From NCBI RefSeq assembly GCF_033153115.1, contig NW_026889782.1, positions 14,198,001 to 14,262,000 on the forward strand: a stretch of DNA of 64,000 nucleotides, read 5' to 3'. The notes below the pieces were generated by a model. It saw only the letters and a program-made list of their open reading frames with translations. It was not told where the DNA came from and ran no database searches. The translations under genes and the position numbers were made by a program. Within the stretch, counting starts at the first letter, position 1. Each line of letters starts with the position of its first letter. Below, piece after piece: positions 1 through 14,268 of the stretch. This DNA comes from Saccostrea echinata. Its lineage: Eukaryota.

Positions 1-67
1 TGACAGGCCCCTGTTTGTCGGTCGCAGTTTCCACTTGGGCATCCTGTGTTAATGCAGTTTAAGTCAC
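1..67 (-). CDS. MEGF10/SCARF-like gene, coding exon 4 (continues beyond window start)
   Basis: Acceptor cag| at 70-68. The phase-1 junction with the large exon makes TGT (Cys), then reads DLNCINTGCPSGNCDRQTGAC, the same EGF-like repeat pattern. Intron 68-383 is GT..AG. Confidence 0.85.
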
Positions 68-383
68 CTGTGATGAAGTAAAAACGAAAAAAAAACTTTT
101 TACAGGCTTAATTTTTGAAACTAGTGAGTGAGATTTCTTTCTATTTCATGGGGATGAAAAATTAGATATACGTATAACAAAACCTGTATAATCCGACACT
201 ATGAGATTATTTTCGTATATATACAGGATGTTAGATTGCAAAGTGTAATAAAAACGGATATCAGTAGAAACAGAAATGAAAATGTATGTTCGAATTCACA
301 GAGAAATTGATTCTACAAGTGTAGGATTAGACACTTTTCATTGTAATTTTTAACTCATACGTTAAAAAATCAAATATACATAC

Positions 384-3300
384 ATAGAGATCCATATGAA
401 CCTGGTCGACATCCAACAATACATGCCCCGGATGCTCTTTCACAAATGTCGTTGATGCAGTTCGGGTTACATGTTGAAGTGCAGTCGGAACCAAATTTTC
501 CCTGAACACATCCAACAGTACAATTTCTGTCAGTTCCGGAACATGCATGGGACTGGCAATCTAAAGAGCACATTTTAGAACAATGATCGTTAAAGAAACC
601 AAGTTTGCATCCATTTAAACAAGCACCGGATGTTCGATGACACATTGGTTCCCCGCTTACATCTAAGCAATTAGGACAGGTATGGTTGCAGAAAAGACCA
701 TAATAACCATTCTTACATTCATCATCACATTGTCCGTTTGCTCTGTTGCAGCTTCCACTTAAACATTGGCCTGGACACGATTGTGAGCAATCGTTTCCAA
801 AATATCCTAGTTTACAATCATGGATACAATAACCTGAGTCTTTCGAACAAGTTTGTTCAGTCCCACTGCTAACATTACAGTTACTACTACAAGTGAACTG
901 ACAAATAGTTCCGTGCCTTCCTTTAACGCAAATATTACAACTACCTGTCTGAAAATCGCAAGATAAACAGTTTTGTCCGCACTGTTGAGAACACGTTGGT
1001 CCGTAATATCCATTGTTGCATCCATTTGAACAGTTACCTGAAGCCTTATCACACCTGCTTCCAGCACAAGTGGCACTGCATTGCTTTTCGCACCGATCTC
1101 CAAAATAGCCATCAATGCACAGTGTTAAGCAAAAGCCTGTACTGACATCACATGCAGAACTTTGACATCCCAACCCATTATTGCAGGCTTGATCACATTT
1201 TGTTCCCCACCAACCATCTCTACATTGATACCGACATGCACCAGAGTCTTTATCGCACATCAGTTGCCCACTTGAAGACAAATTACAATTGGAACTACAA
1301 GTAAACTGACAGTTGGTTCCATATTTGTTCGATGTGCAGTTGGCGCAGTAACCTGTATCACGGTAACATTCATTACATCCAACGCATGCCTTGCTGCAGC
1401 TTGTTCCGAAAAAGCCTTGTTTACAGCTAGTCTTGCAGACACCTGTATATTGATTACAAGCGTTATCAATACATCCTGTACTGCAGGGGGAATTACATTT
1501 TTCTCCAAAGTACCCATCTTTGCATTCAGAGCAAATGCCTGTCGACCGAGCACATCGAGAATCCTTACAGTTTGAGCTACAGGGAAGAGAACAATCCCCT
1601 CCGTAATATCCAGGTAAACACTGAGACAGACAGGTACCGTTGTTTTGGTAACATCCGTTTGCATCGCAAGTTTGACAAGTGTGATTGCAAAACGTTCCCC
1701 AGTACCCAGATTTGCAACCACTGCCACAAACTCCATTACTTCTGGCACATACTCCACCTATGCAACCAGTGCTACAATCCAGCTCACAAAATTGTCCGTA
1801 ATGTCCATTCTGACAATCCCCGATGCAATAAGCAGTCGTTTTATTACAACTTCCAGCACAGGTAGCACTACACTGGAAAGAACAATAGTCTCCAAAATAC
1901 CCATGTACGCAGGATCCAATGCATTTTCCATCTTGTTTATTACAAACTCCTGTTCCACAAGTTGTATTACAGGCTCTGTCACAGTACTCACCAAATCGAC
2001 CCTCAATGCAAGCATTGCATACCCCAGTTTCTCGGTTGCAACCGTTACGACAGTTTACACTACAGATTGAAGTGCAAGTTGGCCCATAGTACCGTTCTGA
2101 GCAAGGGTTCGTGCAATATCCGTCATTTCTTCTGCACATATTTTGCTGGCAATTACCATTGCATGATAACGTGCATTTTGGACCATAGTAACCTTGGATA
2201 CAGGCATCACAATCTCCGGTGCTCTTATTACAGGTCCCGTTTAGACAATTTCCGTTACAAGAAGACCTACAATACTGATCATGGAACAAATTGTTTCTAC
2301 ATAATCCAATACACGTTCCGTCCGATATGGCACAACCGTTGCTGTCGCAATTGGCACAGTTTTGTAAGCAGTAATCTCCGTAGTAACCACTAGGACAATT
2401 TAAACAAAGTCCTGTTGTTTTTTGACAAGCGCCTCGACAGGTGCTTTGGCATTGTGATGTACAATGGGAGCCATAAAAACCTACATCACAGTTGGCTAAG
2501 CAAGCACCTGTTCGGTCGTTACAACCGGCATCATCACATGTACTACACGTCTGGTTACAGTATGTACTATAATACCCTTTGTCACATCCCATTGTACAGG
2601 CCCCTGTGATTTTATCGCATGTGTCACTTTTACAAAATGCGCTACACGGAATTTCACAGAAGTTTCCGTAATGACCAGTTTTACATTGGCCATTACAAAA
2701 TCCCGAAATCTGATCGCATGATGATGAGCATTGAAGGCTACATGTAATGTCGCATTTTTTTCCGTAATACCCTGTACGACAACCACCAATGCAGTCTCCA
2801 TTTTCTTTTAGACAAGTTCCAGAACCACAGTTGGAGTTGCAATTAAGCTGACAAAATTCACCGTGTTTACCAGTGTCACAGCTACCAACACACGCACCGC
2901 TATATCTATCACAGGTATCATCTGCACATGCTGTATCACATTGTTCATTGCAATAATTGCCCTTATACCCGTTTGGACAATCGTAAGTACAATATCCAGA
3001 GGTTTGGTTACATTTGTTACTGATGCAAAATGAGTTACATGATGATGTGCAAGTTAGACCGAAATAGCCATCTCTGCAAGCAGAGCAATGGCCATCAAGT
3101 TTATTACAAGATGCCGTAGCGCAGGTTTGGCTACAAAGTTTGTCGCACTTTTCACCAAAGTACCCTATCTGACACTCTCCAAAACATTTACCCTCTGCTT
3201 GATTGCATCCTTGACTGTCACATTTGCTGCAAGTCGAATTGCAGAAGGCCCCATAATAACCGATGTTACATTCTGAGCAGGTACCATTAAAACGTTCACA

Positions 3301-5630
3301 GGTTCCGCCTTTGCATTGTGGGCTGCATACTCCTGAGCATGTTGGATTATAATACCCTGGTTTACAAGATCCTAAACAGACACCAGTCGATCTATGACAA
3401 CCTGAGGAATCGCAGTTTGAGTTGCATACACTTTCACATGTGTTACCAAAATACCCCACTGAACAGCTTTCAGTGCAATAACCATTATTTTTGGCACATG
3501 TCAGATTACTGCAAGTCGGACTACAAGAACGGTTACAAGACGGTCCATGGTATCCTACTTTACAGGAAGCGATGCAAGAGCCATTAGATATACGGCAACC
3601 GAAAGTGTCGCAATTTGGACATGCTAGGTTACAAAAATTGCCAAAATAACCTACATCACAACCCATTTCACAATAGCCGGAAGATCGAATGCATTTGTTA
3701 TCGCTTCCAAAGCATGTTTCCTGGCAGAGCAAAGAGCAGTAATCGCCATACCGTCCATGCGGACAAGGATTGTCACACACACCAGTAACTTGGTTACAAG
3801 AACCATTACAGTACTCGACACATTTAAACTCGCATTTATATCCATAATAACCAACATTACAGGAGCCGATGCAGGAGCCAATAGACCGATCACAAGTTCC
3901 CGACGAGCACTGATCACTACAATTCAGATTGCAAGTCAAACCGTAAAATCCGTCATCGCAAGCATGACAATACCCTGTATCTCTCTCGCATGTGTTTTGA
4001 AAACATGTCGAACTGCACCTTTCTGTGCAGGTTTGGCCCCAAGAACCAATTGAACAATTCTGGGAACAGTAACCGGTGTCCTGTTCACATAAATTTGACG
4101 GGCAATTTCTATTACAAGGCATTGTACAATTAAACCCGTAAAAACCTACTTTACATCTCAAACATTTCCCAGAGGTTCTGTCACACATCTGATTTTCACA
4201 ATTTGCGCTACACTGAAGATCACATTTTGCCCCGTGAAATCCAGGCAAACAAGACCCAATGCACACTCCAGTTTCAAAAGAGCAGCCCTGTGAATCGCAG
4301 TTTGGACATGCGCTTTGACAGTTTCGACCATAATATCGACCATTAGAACAACTGAAACAATCGCCAGAGGTTTTGGAACAAACAGAGCTATTACAGTTCG
4401 AACTACAAAACTGAGAACAGTTTGCACCGAAACGGCCAACCTTACAATCTCCTATGCAATCTCCATTGCTTTTCTGACATGCCTCATTAAGGCAACCAAA
4501 GGAACATTGATTTGTGCACATGCTACCGAAATACCCAGGATCGCATTGGCTATTACAGATACCACTTAATTTATCACAGCCAGTTGAATCACAAGTCGCA
4601 CAAGATTGATTACAAAACAATCCGTACAACCCAGACGTGCAGTCGGAGGAGCATACTCCTGAAGTCCGATCGCATGTGTTAGAGGAACAACCAGTGGTAC
4701 AAATCTTTTCGCAAAAATCGCCGAATCTGCCGTCTTGACACTTACCAGAACAAAATCCCGAGTCTTTATCACAGTTACCACTACAGGAACTGGCGCAACT
4801 CTTCGAGCAGTAATCACCGAAAAATCCATCTTTGCAATCACCTACACACAATCCATCGGATCTAGAGCAGTATCCAGTCTTACAGTTTGGATTACACGGA
4901 TTTGCGCAAATGTCTCCGTACAAACCAGGCTTGCATCCAGTTGAGCAAACTCCAGTGTCTCGATTGCACTTTCCGTCACATCCAGTGCTGCATTTCGTAG
5001 AGCAAAAAGGTCCATAAAATCCAGCTGGACAGTCGTACGTGCAGTGTCCGTCATTACGTTGACATGTTTCTAGATAACAAGCAGAATTACATCTTTTGTC
5101 ACACTTTTCTCCATACCAACCAGCATCACAGGATCCGGTACAATTTCCTGTTTGTCTATCACATTGACATGCTCCGCAAGGAGTTTCACATCGATTATCG
5201 TAAAATCCGTTAACACATCCGACTGTACATGTAGCGTTTGTGTAGTAACAGTTTTGTCCTACACAGAAAGGACTGCAGGTATTTTCACAGCGTGTTCCCC
5301 AATACCTTTCACGACAACCCCCAAAACAACTTCCGGTTGTTCCGTCACAAGAATTTACACATTGGTCGCTACATTTGTAACAAGCTCCTCCTGCACTATA
5401 ATAATTACTGTCACAACGATCACATTTTTCTCCTATCCAACCAGTTTTACAACCGCTGGTACAAATTCCAGTGGATCCATTACATGTTGATCCTGACGAC
5501 ACCGCCTGACATCCCTGGCTACAGGGTTGACAAGTCGTTGACAAGGGGAAGTAACCACTGTTGCACAGTGAGCATGACGTCACACCAGAAGCTTGTATGC
5601 AAGTCTGACAGTTCGTTATACCACATTGGC
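384..5630 (-). CDS. Giant exon (5247 nt, about 1749 aa) with about 52 tandem 6-Cys EGF-like repeats; MEGF10/11 / scavenger receptor class F / CED-1-like extracellular region
   Basis: The ORF 370-5583 is uninterrupted and repeats C-x3-C-x3/4-C-x4-G-x-C-x2/3-C-x2-G-[FYW]-[FYH]-G-x2-C (52 counted by hand). Acceptor ttacag| before 5630, donor |gtatgt after 384. Length is divisible by 3 (phase 1-1). Confidence 0.93.
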
Positions 5631-6563
5631 CTGTAATAATGAATAAGAAATGGATATCGATAAAGTATTAATTGTTTTATTTAAAAAAGGTAATAGAGAC
5701 CAACAATACCTGAAACAACAACAAGAAGGATCAACACGGGCCCTTTAGAAACTGTGGGAGGGAAACAAACCATTTTTTTTATCTTAAATATGATTGAAAT
5801 ATTAACACCTCCTGTGCCATGAAATCTTTTTAAATCATATGACCCACGAATCGTATCATAATAATTCAATAGCAATGAAATGATTATTAGACATGTTCCT
5901 CTTCTAACTATCCTTTGTACGTCTCGTATTAGTGAAAATTATCTTAAGGGACGTAAAACGACAATTAATGCTTTAGTTTCTTTCTTTCAATGTATTTTCT
6001 TTGTTGTTTCCTCACCGTTTCTTTTCTTTTTGTTTTGTTTTCTTTTTCGTAGATAAGTATCCTATATTTGACTGTGTATTTTTTTCAGCGTGCTGGCGGA
6101 AAACGGTTATCTTCTTATTCAAGTATACATATGAAATGGTTTTATTTAGAACATTCAGCAATGCGCTCATAGCTACGATAACTTCTAAATGAATGAATTT
6201 CCGCCAAATATCGTCCCGGCTAAATACATTGTATTTTCAGTATACATGTATATTAAAAAAATGTTTTTATTTATTTTTACATACAGACAAGGGATAACTA
6301 AAAAAAATCTGAATTTGATTTTATGATTACACATATAAGAATAGAAAAAAACGAACGAGACATTTTTAGAGGGGTAAATGGGACGAGAATCTAAAAAATT
6401 ATTTTATCTGACGTAATCAACAGGCAGTTTTTTTTTGTTTTTTTTTGTTTTTTTTTTATTTCAAAAGACTTTCAATGTATATAACATAAATTCGACTATC
6501 TGGACATGGAAAGCAAAGTAGCGAATAAAATCTGTAGATAAGAGCATTGTAAGCCGTTACTTA

Positions 6564-7204
6564 CACGGGCACTTGGGGTATTGACCCCCCCTTTCCATTT
6601 TATTTCATTTTAAACCTGGGGTCGAGTCACCTTTTTCTTATGTTTGAATTTTAATATGTACTATATGTTATCAATAATGTAACCCTTTTGTCTCTTTAAG
6701 CTGTTTTTAAATATATCGTTTTCGAATGATACATAAAAATCCCCCCTTTTTTCTTCTTTTTAAATCTTGGGTCGAGTCACCTTTTGACTATTTTTGTATT
6801 CTAACATGTACTATATGCTATCGATAATGTAACCCTTTTGTCTCTATAAGCTGTTTTTAAATATATCGTTTCCACTGATACATAAAAGAGAGATTTTCTC
6901 GTCGTTTAACTCACTTCTTAAACTTAAACTTTGCATGATTATCTAAAGCATAAGAAAACATGAAATATGCAGACATCAATAATTTTTTTTTACACATTCT
7001 TCTTCCGTTTCATGTTTCCATTTAATTTTCATGTGCCCCCGATTAGTAAATATTTCGATTAAATCATCCTCATCTAAGGGCTTCTTTACGGCCTAAGGGT
7101 AAATTGTCGGTATTAGAATTCAAAAATAGGAAAAAGGTGACTCGATCCCAAATTGAAAGAGAAAAAAAAATGGAAAGGGGGAATCTATATCCCAAGTGCC
7201 TGTG
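6564..7204. mobile_element. Non-autonomous hAT-like MITE (641 bp)
   Basis: TIRs CACGGGCACTTGGGGTAT..CCCCCTTTCCATTTT and the inverted copy ending at 7204. 8-bp TSD gttactta (6556-6563) / tttactta (7205-7212). Internal tandem duplication of about 150 bp (about 6617-6740 vs 6768-6887). Confidence 0.8.
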
Positions 7205-7213
7205 TTTACTTAC

Positions 7214-7228
7214 AGGAGGTCAGTGTCG
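7214..7228 (-). CDS. 15-nt micro-exon (coding exon 2) of the MEGF-like gene
   Basis: ttttttttag|CGACACTGACCTCCT|gtaagt, phase 1-1. Joins the signal exon and giant exon in frame: ...SDVK-ATLTS-CQCGITNC. Confidence 0.7.
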
Positions 7229-8651
7229 CTAAAAAAAATGTATTAGTTTATGTTTCATAGTACCTTAGCAGTTTTTAATTTGTGATAAAACCTTTAAATA
7301 TATTTTTAAAATGTCCTTTTTAAAAATAAAGGTTAAACTTTTAATGTAATAGGTGCATTTGCGATGGTTTATGTAATGATTTCTTTATTAATTAAACAAA
7401 CTGTTAATTCAAATATGTTCAAAGGAAAAGAGGTCACTTGAAACTTGTGCCCATATCGTTTCACGATACCATGTGATATCTAATCAATCAAAATTTCGCG
7501 GACTATTCCGACAAGCCTAAAATTCCGAACACCCCGGGATGCGATTGATAACACATAATGAAACGCTTTCTAATACTTCCAGTGTTGGATTCGAATCGTA
7601 ATAAGCCTTCATTATATTGGATAACTTCAGTTTGTTCTATAAATAATTTTACACTAAACAACCATTTCCAACAAAAGTTATATCTAAATATTGTATCGAC
7701 TATTCAAATCGTAAGAAGCCTTCATTATTTGTGATAAGTTGTGCCTTAAACAATATAACAATAAAATACCAATACCAACAAAAGTTATAGCTGATGTATT
7801 GAAATTTCTTTTTCATTGTGACGTCATAATCAAATGTGCACAAGAAAGTCGCCCAAACCATATAAATTGCGTACCCAGTTTTAATGACGTCAGCAAACCC
7901 GCGACCTACGTTAAATTCGATCAAATTCCTGAAATGGCTATTTAATCTTGAATGGACAAAATTAACTAAAAGGCTTTAAAATTATTGGTTAAAAAGTTGA
8001 AAATTATTTGTTTTCGATTCATTTTTAGTTTTTCTTGTTTTTAATGCTTTTATCTGCAACTTTATTTCGACGATAAAATTTAGTGACACGTTAGATATCT
8101 GCAGTTAAAAAATAAACTTTTTTACGTTAACGGGAAAACAGATTACATGTTAATGACACCGTGAGAATACTACATGTAGTAGCTTCGTTGAGGTAATTGT
8201 ACACGGTACGTGTTATCCATATAATCATTAAAATCAGTAAGGCGGGGGTCCCTAATTGTCCAGGTTAATGGTTATTCACAGATTTCACGTGTGGTCTGAT
8301 CTCACAATAGAGATGTCATGCAGAGAAATTTGCGAAAAACATATCAGATTTAAACTGATTTCTGTCTTGTTAAATCTCTTGCAGGAATTAACAGCGTTGA
8401 TGATGTACTAGTGAAGAGGAATGAATATATGGGCGCATATCTTCTCGGCTTCCGATCTCTACCTCTCCGATTTATACGAGGTATCTCTGCACATTTAAAA
8501 AAATCTCTTTTTTATTTTTTTTTTAATATTAAAACATCACTAAACGGCGGATCAAGGATTTTTTTTTCTTATTGGTGAAGAAATGGTGCATTATCGATCA
8601 TTGGAAATTTCTGACAAGCAAATAATGATAATAGCAATAATAATAATGATA

Positions 8652-8652
8652 A

Positions 8653-8691
<39 letters not shown>
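8652..8691. repeat. (TAAA)n microsatellite
   Basis: Direct reading of the sequence. Confidence 0.9.
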
Positions 8692-8692
<1 letters not shown>

Positions 8693-10538
8693 AAGGAAAG
8701 TCGCCATGGTTTTTTCTCGGAAAAGGGAAAAACAATAGATTGAAATCCGTTTTTATTGCATTATCAAAAACTAAAATATATCGTAAGAGCTGAAAACTTT
8801 CCCACGGGCGCTGGGGAATGGGGTTTGGTGGATTCCATTACTTTCCAAAGTCATTTTTAGCCTCAATAACACTGCAAATCCTTAGGGACAGTACAATCCC
8901 TTCCCCCTGCTGGGTATATCCTTACACTCTTTTTAGCATGGCTTCCTTTACAAAATATATAATTCTTCAGGTCAAAAATACCTTATCCTGAGCAGATTCT
9001 AAATTTCTGGGTAAACGGTAGAAAGGGCTCAAGGTAAAAAAAAAATCTCACATAAAAATAACTTTATAAAGGGTGAGATTTAAGGGGAAGAAGCCTTGTG
9101 TTGACCCTCCCTCCCAACCCCTTTAAGAAATTTTGTTTATAAAATTACTTTTTCAAATAGAATAATTGAACAAACCAACGAATTAAATGATTTCACACAG
9201 TTAGCAGCTACATGATAAGCAATATCTTTTTTAACACCTGTACTTTTAGATATGTCAATGGGTGGCCCAGTTTTACACCTCATTTTGTCAGCAGGTGCCC
9301 CCATTGCGGTAGGCATTCATGCGTGCTCAGCTATTTGTTTCGGTCCACAAAACAAACCTAAGAGTTCATTGTCTCGTCATTTAGGTAGCTTAGCAATTAT
9401 AGTGTCACTGTGCTATATATCCTTTATAGTTGTCCCAATGGAAAAGGTCTTTATTTTATTTTTTTTTAATTTAATCCCTAATGAGATTAAATCAATATCT
9501 GTATTCATCATATGCATCTCCTTGTTATTAAGATGTCTTTAATCAAAATCACACTTTAATATATGTATTTGCTTTACAGAAATATCAAGGAGAAATCATT
9601 TTGTAAAAGTATGAAACACAAGCAGAAAAAAAGAGTAATGAAGGACGGAAAAATAATTCTATCCAATTGTCTTTCTTCTTTAACCACAGAAATACTGCAT
9701 TTCTATGAACCGTATGCATTATATTAAGGAAAGTATATATTATAGAATGACATGAAACTTGTGATATTTATACGGTGTCGAGACTCAATAGAATAATCGA
9801 AAATTAATTATTAATTTAGGATTTTGTAAAATATCAGTGTTTTTTTCCATTTGATTTCAAACGAAGGCATTCTATCCTCCCTTTTGCGCATGCACATTCG
9901 CAATTTTTCCAAAATGAGCGTAAAGGAACAAAAGACGAACAAAAACTGGATGTTATTCCGTTGTTTCTATTTTCAAAAGAGAAAATGTTTTCTGAAAAGA
10001 GAGAACTCATATTATCTATACACTGTATAAAATATCATATTATCAATTACAAATATGACAAAATTTCCAAGTATATTTTGTATTTAATGCAACTTGGTAA
10101 ATTCCAAATTTATCATATTGCATATCTTGTATTTGGTTTGAACATATTTTATTGTAATTTATAATTACAAAGGGATTGGGCACAAGTTCTGAAAACTTAT
10201 TACGCCATCTCCCTACAGGTAAATTACACATTTAAATCGTCACAGTTAAACATGAAGTTTTACAGTATACAACATTTGCAAAGGCTTACAAAGCGATGCA
10301 TTTTGCAGATATATAGACTAACTTAATTTTGTACAAATCCATATACTGATACATTAATTAATGCTAACAAGGAAATCTACTAGAATGTTTAATGAATGTT
10401 TGAACAAAAGAAAGGGAGACGTTCATTTTCTGCAGCATTCAGTGAATCCCCCCCCCCAATAAGACATGTGTATCTAGAATGTGGATCTTGTTTAATTGTA
10501 AAAAAAAAAAAATATTTAAAAATACTTTTCTGGCTTTC

Positions 10539-12270
10539 TCATACTTTGGACATACAAAAAAAATAATGATATGTATCCTCAACTTTACCACACGAGCATA
10601 AAGAACTTGATATTAAATTGCATCTATAAAGGTCGCTATTCAATACGCAATTATGCCGTAGTCTGGTTTGAAGAACATTTAGTCGTCTGTTACCGTACTC
10701 AAAGTATGATGGTGGAGCAGATTTTTTAATACTAATTTTAGATTTGAATTTTAACATTGACTGTAAATTTCGAATTTCGAGTGGAATTGAGTACCATTTA
10801 TTTACTACAGTCGGAATAAATGTAGACTTATAAGTTTGTAATCAACAATTTGGAATATCATAATTTTGAGAATTTCTTGTAGAGTAGATAGACGTGTTAC
10901 AGCCCATATCTGGAAGTATGTTCATTAAGTATTCAGGCACTAAATTATTATGAAGCTTGAATATTGTTTTTATTCTAGCTTCTTGTCTTCTTCAACTAAG
11001 AGGTTTCCTTCCCGTTTCAAAGCAAAGTGAATCTTTAGAAGCTATAGTTGTTAACCCTGTTACAATTCTAGCAGCATAAAGTTGCAGTTTTTCTAACTGA
11101 TCGTTATCACTATGTTGACAGCATCCCCATACCACTGAAGCGTATTCAAGTTGCGGTCTTATGAATGACGTATACATGACTGAGAGAGTTTTTCGATTTA
11201 CTTTAAATTTTCATTCTTTCAAAAGAGATAATTTTTTTTGTAGGCCTTAAACAGTAGATTTTCAATATGATGTGACCAACTAGCGTCGTGTGAAAAAAAT
11301 ACTCCGAGGTGTTTGTGTTCAGAGATGAAGTCCAATTGGCATTGTTGAAAAAGAAGCTTAGGATATTCTATGTTTTTCTTTGTACTAAACATTATTGCTG
11401 TAGTTTTAGAGGGATTAAATTTCAATAACCATTTTTTAGACCAAAGTTTCAGAGCATTTAGATCTTTGTTTAAGTCTCTTTCAATAATTTTGATATTATG
11501 AGACGAATGCTGCAAAGAATTATCATCAGCAAATAATCTACAAAAAGTAACCATATTATCATCATTCACATAAATTAAAAACAAAAGTAGTCCTAAAACT
11601 GATCCCTGAGGAACAACAGCATATAAGGGTTTGGGTGTTGATAACAAGTTACGATACATCAACCGTTGATACCTACATTTAAGATAATTCTCAAGCCATT
11701 TATACAAACTACCAGTAATCCAATATGTTTTAATTTTAAATAATATACCTTTATGCCAAACACGATCAAATGCTTTTGAAAGATCACAAAATATCATACA
11801 ACAAAATTTTTCATCATCAATAGCTTTTACAATATTGTCATGTTTCTATTATTAACTGGTACACTGTTGAGTGACCGATTAAAAACCAAGCTGATATTTA
11901 TAAAGATTATTGTCATGAAAATAATCATAAATATATTTAAACGCAACTCTTTCCATGATTTTTCCAACACAACTCAACAGTGAAAGTGGTCTATAGTTAG
12001 ACATCACAGAAGGATCTTCTTTTTTAAAAAGAGGAAGTACATTTGCTAATTTCCATCCGGAGGGAAAATACATTCATTCAGAGATCTATTAAACAATAAA
12101 CAAAGCGGTTTAGCAATAGTAAACTTTGCTGATTTTAACATCTTGTGGCTTATATTATCAGGACCAATAGTTTTGTTTGTAGGAAGTATTGTTACAACAT
12201 CAATTATTTCTTGCTCAGTAATACATATACTACTAATTTCACTGTTACATACATAATATGTTGTATTTGT
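10539..12270 (-). mobile_element. Degraded non-LTR retrotransposon ORF2 (RT and C-terminal region; CR1/L2-like) in intron 1 of the MEGF-like gene
   Basis: Fragmented ORFs carry GPDNISHKMLK, WKLANVLPLFKK..NYRPLSLLS, FCDLSKAFDRVWH, VPQGSVLG, LFADD, YTSFIRPQLEYASVVW and C-terminal CSCGKVEDTYHYFFC. Multiple frameshifts and stops. Confidence 0.9.
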
Positions 12271-13019
12271 TTAATCCCACCCCAAGTACCCAGTTTGTTC
12301 AAATTCAGTAATATGAAGTATGTATTTAAATTACTTCCACTCGGTGAGGATCACAATTACCTCATTAAGGACAGCGAAAAAATTATTTCGGTGACGAAGA
12401 ACGGTCCTATTCATTGATGAATATTATGCAAACTTAAATGTATCAGATTGCAGTGCTCATTACTTTAACTAGTTTGTAAACCGGTTTTGTAATTTTAGAA
12501 CAATAACTCGAGCCAACAGTTGTAATCAATGACTTGTAACAAAGTTTAAGGTGGGGCCATCAGCTTAATTATGAATGAACTTTATTTTAAAGACAAAGAA
12601 TAGTTGAGGTTTTATCATAAACAATTTTGAGTATTCAATATATTTTTGTTTTACTTTTGAGCTTTAAAATTACTATTCGTTACATTGATGGACAGCTGAT
12701 GGACAGGTACAAGATGATAATTTCAATTAATAATTTAGAATTTAACCTTTTGAACTATCTTATTTTTTTTATCGTAAATTTTACATCTGAGTCATTTTTT
12801 AATAAGCAATTGCATGTGTGATTATTGAGAGATTTTTTTTTGTATATTTGTACCCTTTTCAATAAAAAACTCAATTTATTTCGAAATTCATTCTCAGAAT
12901 ATACCAATGTTGTGAAATTAATTAACTTCTACATGTATCACAGAAAATTATTCACTGTAGTAATAAATTTTAAACTTTCAATTTCTAGAGGCTTTATGTC
13001 GAAAGCCTTTATAAACCAT

Positions 13020-13210
13020 AATGCTGACTTTGAAACTTTGATTTACCCCATAGTGTAAACGTTGACAATTGGATTAACCATTGTGATCACTATTGAAAAC
13101 TTTGATTTACTATAGTAATAGCTTTGACACTATGAAAACTCTGATTTATTATAGTGATCACTATGAAAACTTTGATTTGTAAACTATAGTTAACTATAGT
13201 ATTTTTAGGG
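13020..13210. repeat. Degenerate minisatellite (about 30-40 bp unit, core cactatgaaaactttgattt)
   Basis: The core motif recurs about four times in tandem. Confidence 0.55.
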
Positions 13211-14268
13211 GTATGATATACATTGGCAAAATTTATGGGACACGTTTTCCCCTCCCGGATCCAACGGGCTTTCATAAAATGTTCATAGTTAATGAAAAAT
13301 CTGTAATTTTTCCATGTCTTTAGACTTCATTCATCATTATACGTTACTCATTTTTTATATGGTGACATATGTACATAAATAAATTTTACATTCATTATAC
13401 ATCAAGCATAATACATGTTCATGTGCATGTATAAAACACCACACTACAAGTTTCATAGGCTATATATTGGTACATTCCTGTACATTTATTTATTACCTGT
13501 ATATACTTGTAAATGTTTTTTGCCTTACGTTACATACTGTATATGCAGTACTGCAGTAAACACGAAAATTGCAGTTTTGAGCCTTTAAAGGGGTAGTTCA
13601 TTTTAAAGATATTTACTAGCTCTCCGAATGTCTGCATTTGTTGTTTTGTAATTCTTTTTATTCAAAAAATCTATTTGAAAATTCTAAGTATTAGGTTTGT
13701 GATCAATAACCCATATACAAATGTTTTGTTTAAATGATCAACTATTTCTAAAATTTGATACACGTTACATTGTTTCGATACAAAAAGAGCCTCAAATACA
13801 TGAATTTGCTGACTTCATTAAAACAATGAATGCCATCGAAAATATGATCGTGCACACTATATTTTATAGATTTTTTTTTTATTCTGAAGTCGGAAAAAAT
13901 CTAAATTTTGATTTAAAAAAGTATAAATCGATGACTACACGTGTATATTAATTGGATTGTGAAAAGAATATTCTCCTACATGTATTATGTACAAGTATCA
14001 TATAAATATTTACATGGATAAATAATTTTCCTCCAAGAAAACTATCTTCTAACTTTCCTTATCATTTTTGTGGGTAAGGGATACTTGATTGATTTTTACT
14101 ATCTTGGCACGTTTATTTTTTGAAACACTGAAATATTTTTAAACACGTTGCATTTAAATTCTCTAAAGGGAACAAATCAAAAGAAATATCTAGACCCTGC
14201 ACTGGAAATCTACGTATTCCTCAAGGTCATACAATCACCAAGGTCAGCATGAATTGTTTCATAATTAG

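Noticed and set aside
327-5636. About 20 short ORFs overlapping the EGF exon on both strands
   Set aside because: These are shadow frames of the Cys/Gly-rich coding exon, with no independent domain signal.
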